The notes below the pieces were generated by a model that did not search any database, was not told the origin of the DNA, and was given only the letters and a program-made list of their open reading frames with translations. DNA of 27,642 bases, taken from a virus. Lineage: Duplodnaviria; Caudoviricetes. The translations under genes and the position numbers were made by a program. This document shows positions 25,402 to 27,642 of this stretch, piece by piece; position 1 is the stretch's first letter; the number at the start of each line of letters is the position of its first letter. The stretch covers positions 1 to 27,642 of the IMG/VR virus record IMGVR_UViG_3300020045_005617. The stretch is one strand, 5' to 3'.

Positions 25402-26601
25402 ATGATGCTTACCACAAGTGGCTACAAATTAAATGTCTCGAAGTATATCCTTCAAGATGGCTTCTCTACTGCTGATTCGAATAACTCTATTCGTAAAATG
25501 CAGATCATTCGCGCTGGAACCTTCACCGATCCGCGCTACGGTCAATTTGAAATCACAATAAAGATGCTTCAAGAAATGGTCACCAACTTTAAGCAAGGCG
25601 TCCGTGGAGTGATCCCAGCGCTTGATTACCAACACAATGCGGACGACATCGCCGCTGGTTGGTTTAAAGATTTATTTCTATCCGACGACGGTAAAGAACT
25701 TTGGGCGACTATTGAAATGACTCCGACAGGTTTAAATTCTTTAAACGCGAAAGAGTTTGGCTATACATCAGCAGACCTTGACGGTGACTACGTCGATAAT
25801 GAAACTCAAAAGAACTATGGTTGTGTTCTGCTTGGAGCAGCTCTTACGAATCGACCAGTGATTAAACGTATGGAGCCGGTGATTCAACTCGCAGAGAAAA
25901 AAGATCCTATCGGCGATAAAATCGCAAAACTAATTTCAGAAGGCTATGACCAAGACCAGGCTGTAGCTATAGCAAAATCAATGGAACGCGAAGGTAAACT
26001 ATCAGAAGGGGAAACTATGACTGACGAACAAAAAAAGCAAATGGAAGACATGCAGAAGCAGTGTGAAGATTATAAAAAATTGCAAGAAGATATGGGAGCT
26101 AAAGACCCAGCAGAACTAATGAAAATTATTTCTGAGCTGAAAGCAAAAATCGCCGAGCTAGAAGGCAATAAGCCCGAAGCTCCTAAACTAGAAGAGAAAC
26201 CAGAAGGAGAAGACGAAATGAGTAAGCCAGAAGATAAAGCAAAGATCGCTGACCTAGAAGGCCAGTTATCTGAAGTTAAAACCAAATTAGAACTTCAAGA
26301 AAAAACTACCGAGTTTAACGTAATGTTGAGCGAAGGTAAAGCAGTTGAAGCTCAACGCGAATCATTCGTTAAGAGTGATATGAAAGCATTTATTGCTGGC
26401 GCAGTACCGATCAAGCTTACCGAGCAAGGTCATTCTGGCGCTGGAGAAAAGATTGATCCATCGAAAGATGTTGAAGATCAAATTCTTGAGAGAGCTAAAA
26501 AACTTTCTGAAGAAAAGAAAATCGGCATGAAGGAAGCTATTTCTGAAGTGTTGAAAACAAACAAAGAACTTGCTGAGAAATACAGCAAGTTAAACGGGTA
26601 G
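25402..26601 (+). CDS. Mu-like prohead protease I with C-terminal scaffold
   Basis: LDYQH, AAGW, FGYTSA, GAALTNRP motifs; acidic coiled-coil C-terminal half. Confidence 0.85.
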   Translation: MMLTTSGYKLNVSKYILQDGFSTADSNNSIRKMQIIRAGTFTDPRYGQFEITIKMLQEMVTNFKQGVRGVIPALDYQHNADDIAAGWFKDLFLSDDGKELWATIEMTPTGLNSLNAKEFGYTSADLDGDYVDNETQKNYGCVLLGAALTNRPVIKRMEPVIQLAEKKDPIGDKIAKLISEGYDQDQAVAIAKSMEREGKLSEGETMTDEQKKQMEDMQKQCEDYKKLQEDMGAKDPAELMKIISELKAKIAELEGNKPEAPKLEEKPEGEDEMSKPEDKAKIADLEGQLSEVKTKLELQEKTTEFNVMLSEGKAVEAQRESFVKSDMKAFIAGAVPIKLTEQGHSGAGEKIDPSKDVEDQILERAKKLSEEKKIGMKEAISEVLKTNKELAEKYSKLNG

Positions 26602-26611
26602 GAGGATAATC

Positions 26612-26983
26612 ATGAGTACACCGTTTTTAGCACCAATCCAGCAAGCTTTTCTAGCTGAAGAGGATATGAGTGCAGCCCAGTATAAACTGGTTAAATGGGG
26701 AACCACCAACGATCAGGTATTGATTTGCGGAGACGCTGAAAAGCCAATGGGTGTTCTTATGAACGCTCCGGCTTCAGGCGAGCAAGCAGAAGTAGCTGTT
26801 CAAGGTGGCGCTAAAGTGAAAACTGATGCCAACGTAACTCTAGGCGCTTCATGCGCTTCGGGCGTACTTGGTGTTGGTCGTGATGCAGTTGCAGGCGAAT
26901 TTGCAATTGGAACGTTTCAAGATGCAGGTCTTGCTGGTGACATCGTCCCAGTAATTATTGATCTTCATCAATTGGATTTATAA
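26612..26983 (+). CDS. Capsid cement/decoration protein (DUF2190-like)
   Basis: Between scaffold and MCP; GVLMNAPASGEQAEVAVQGGAKV. Confidence 0.75.
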   Translation: MSTPFLAPIQQAFLAEEDMSAAQYKLVKWGTTNDQVLICGDAEKPMGVLMNAPASGEQAEVAVQGGAKVKTDANVTLGASCASGVLGVGRDAVAGEFAIGTFQDAGLAGDIVPVIIDLHQLDL

Positions 26984-26994
26984 GGAGCTAAACA

Positions 26995-27642
26995 ATGAGT
27001 CAAACTACAGCTATTGTAAATAAGTTGCTCAGTAACGTATCTAACGGGTTATTCCCAGAAGGTTACGTTGCGGAGTCTTTGTTCCCTAAAATCCAAGTGA
27101 AGCAAAAATCAGGATTGATCGGCGCGTATGGTAATAACCATCTTCGCGTTGTTGATGACTTGATTGGTGGTCAAGCTGAAGCTCGTCGAGTAACTCCAAT
27201 CACTCGGGACGCTACGAATCAGTACCTCATTCAATCACACGCACTTCAGGGTGTTGTGACCATGGATGACTATGCGAACGTCGAAGATCCGTTTTCTGCT
27301 GAGTCAGACGAGACATTGGGAATTACCAGCTTACTACTCACGAATAAAGAACGTGCGTTAGCAAGTGTGTTAATGAACGCTGCTGTCATTACTCAGAACG
27401 GTGCCCCACAAGGCGCTCAATGGGATGACTATGCCAACAGTGATCCATTGTTCGATTTCAGAACTGCTGCAAACACCACTCTTGATTCTACTGGGATCAG
27501 TGCAAATGCGGCTGTTATTAATCGTAAGGTTTATAACACTCTGAAGTATCACCCACAAATTCTTGATGTACTTGGTTTCAAGTATAATCAAATGGGTTTG
27601 TTGTCATTCGATGACATCAAGAAAGCAATGGACGTTGAGTAT
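26995..27642 (+). CDS. Major capsid protein (partial, runs off window)
   Basis: AAGGAG RBS; MSQTTAIVNKLLSNVSNGLFPEGYVAESLFPKIQV...WDDYANSDP; open to the window end. Confidence 0.85.
   Translation, partial: MSQTTAIVNKLLSNVSNGLFPEGYVAESLFPKIQVKQKSGLIGAYGNNHLRVVDDLIGGQAEARRVTPITRDATNQYLIQSHALQGVVTMDDYANVEDPFSAESDETLGITSLLLTNKERALASVLMNAAVITQNGAPQGAQWDDYANSDPLFDFRTAANTTLDSTGISANAAVINRKVYNTLKYHPQILDVLGFKYNQMGLLSFDDIKKAMDVEY

Noticed and set aside
1-27642. CRISPR array, integrase/att site, IS element or stop-codon reassignment
   Set aside because: No regularly spaced repeats, recombinase or transposase seen; genes are intact in the standard code and all three stop codons are used.

Overview
About 27.6 kb of a tailed dsDNA phage genome (Caudoviricetes), probably of a Gram-negative host, inferred from an overlapped spanin-like lipoprotein pair and a Fis-type HTH. 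Left to right it holds: the end of a tail module (Gly-rich protein); a lysis cassette (M15-type peptidase, holin-like, spanin-like pair) with a RecU-like resolvase; a separate fibre/adhesin cluster whose two large proteins share the N-terminal peptide MSGITKFWPxR; a secreted metzincin; a short leftward operon headed by a ParB-methyltransferase fusion; a ~700 bp non-coding gap; a YqaJ exonuclease and annealase; small early genes (dATP/dGTP diphosphohydrolase, orphan MbcA/ParS-like antitoxin domain); a metallophosphoesterase; a Fis-like regulator; TerS, TerL, a portal-MuF fusion, a Mu-like protease/scaffold, a cement protein and a partial major capsid protein. The most unusual signals are non-coding. 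A ~430-nt, heavily base-paired candidate RNA (15031-15460, minus strand) lies beside an AT-rich origin-like tract, and no replication protein is recognisable in the window. A hairpin after the annealase has a loop antisense to the RBSs of both recombination genes. A tRNA-like cloverleaf with a non-canonical anticodon arm sits behind a 31-aa membrane peptide. All family assignments come from motif recognition by eye; no searches or folding programs were run.
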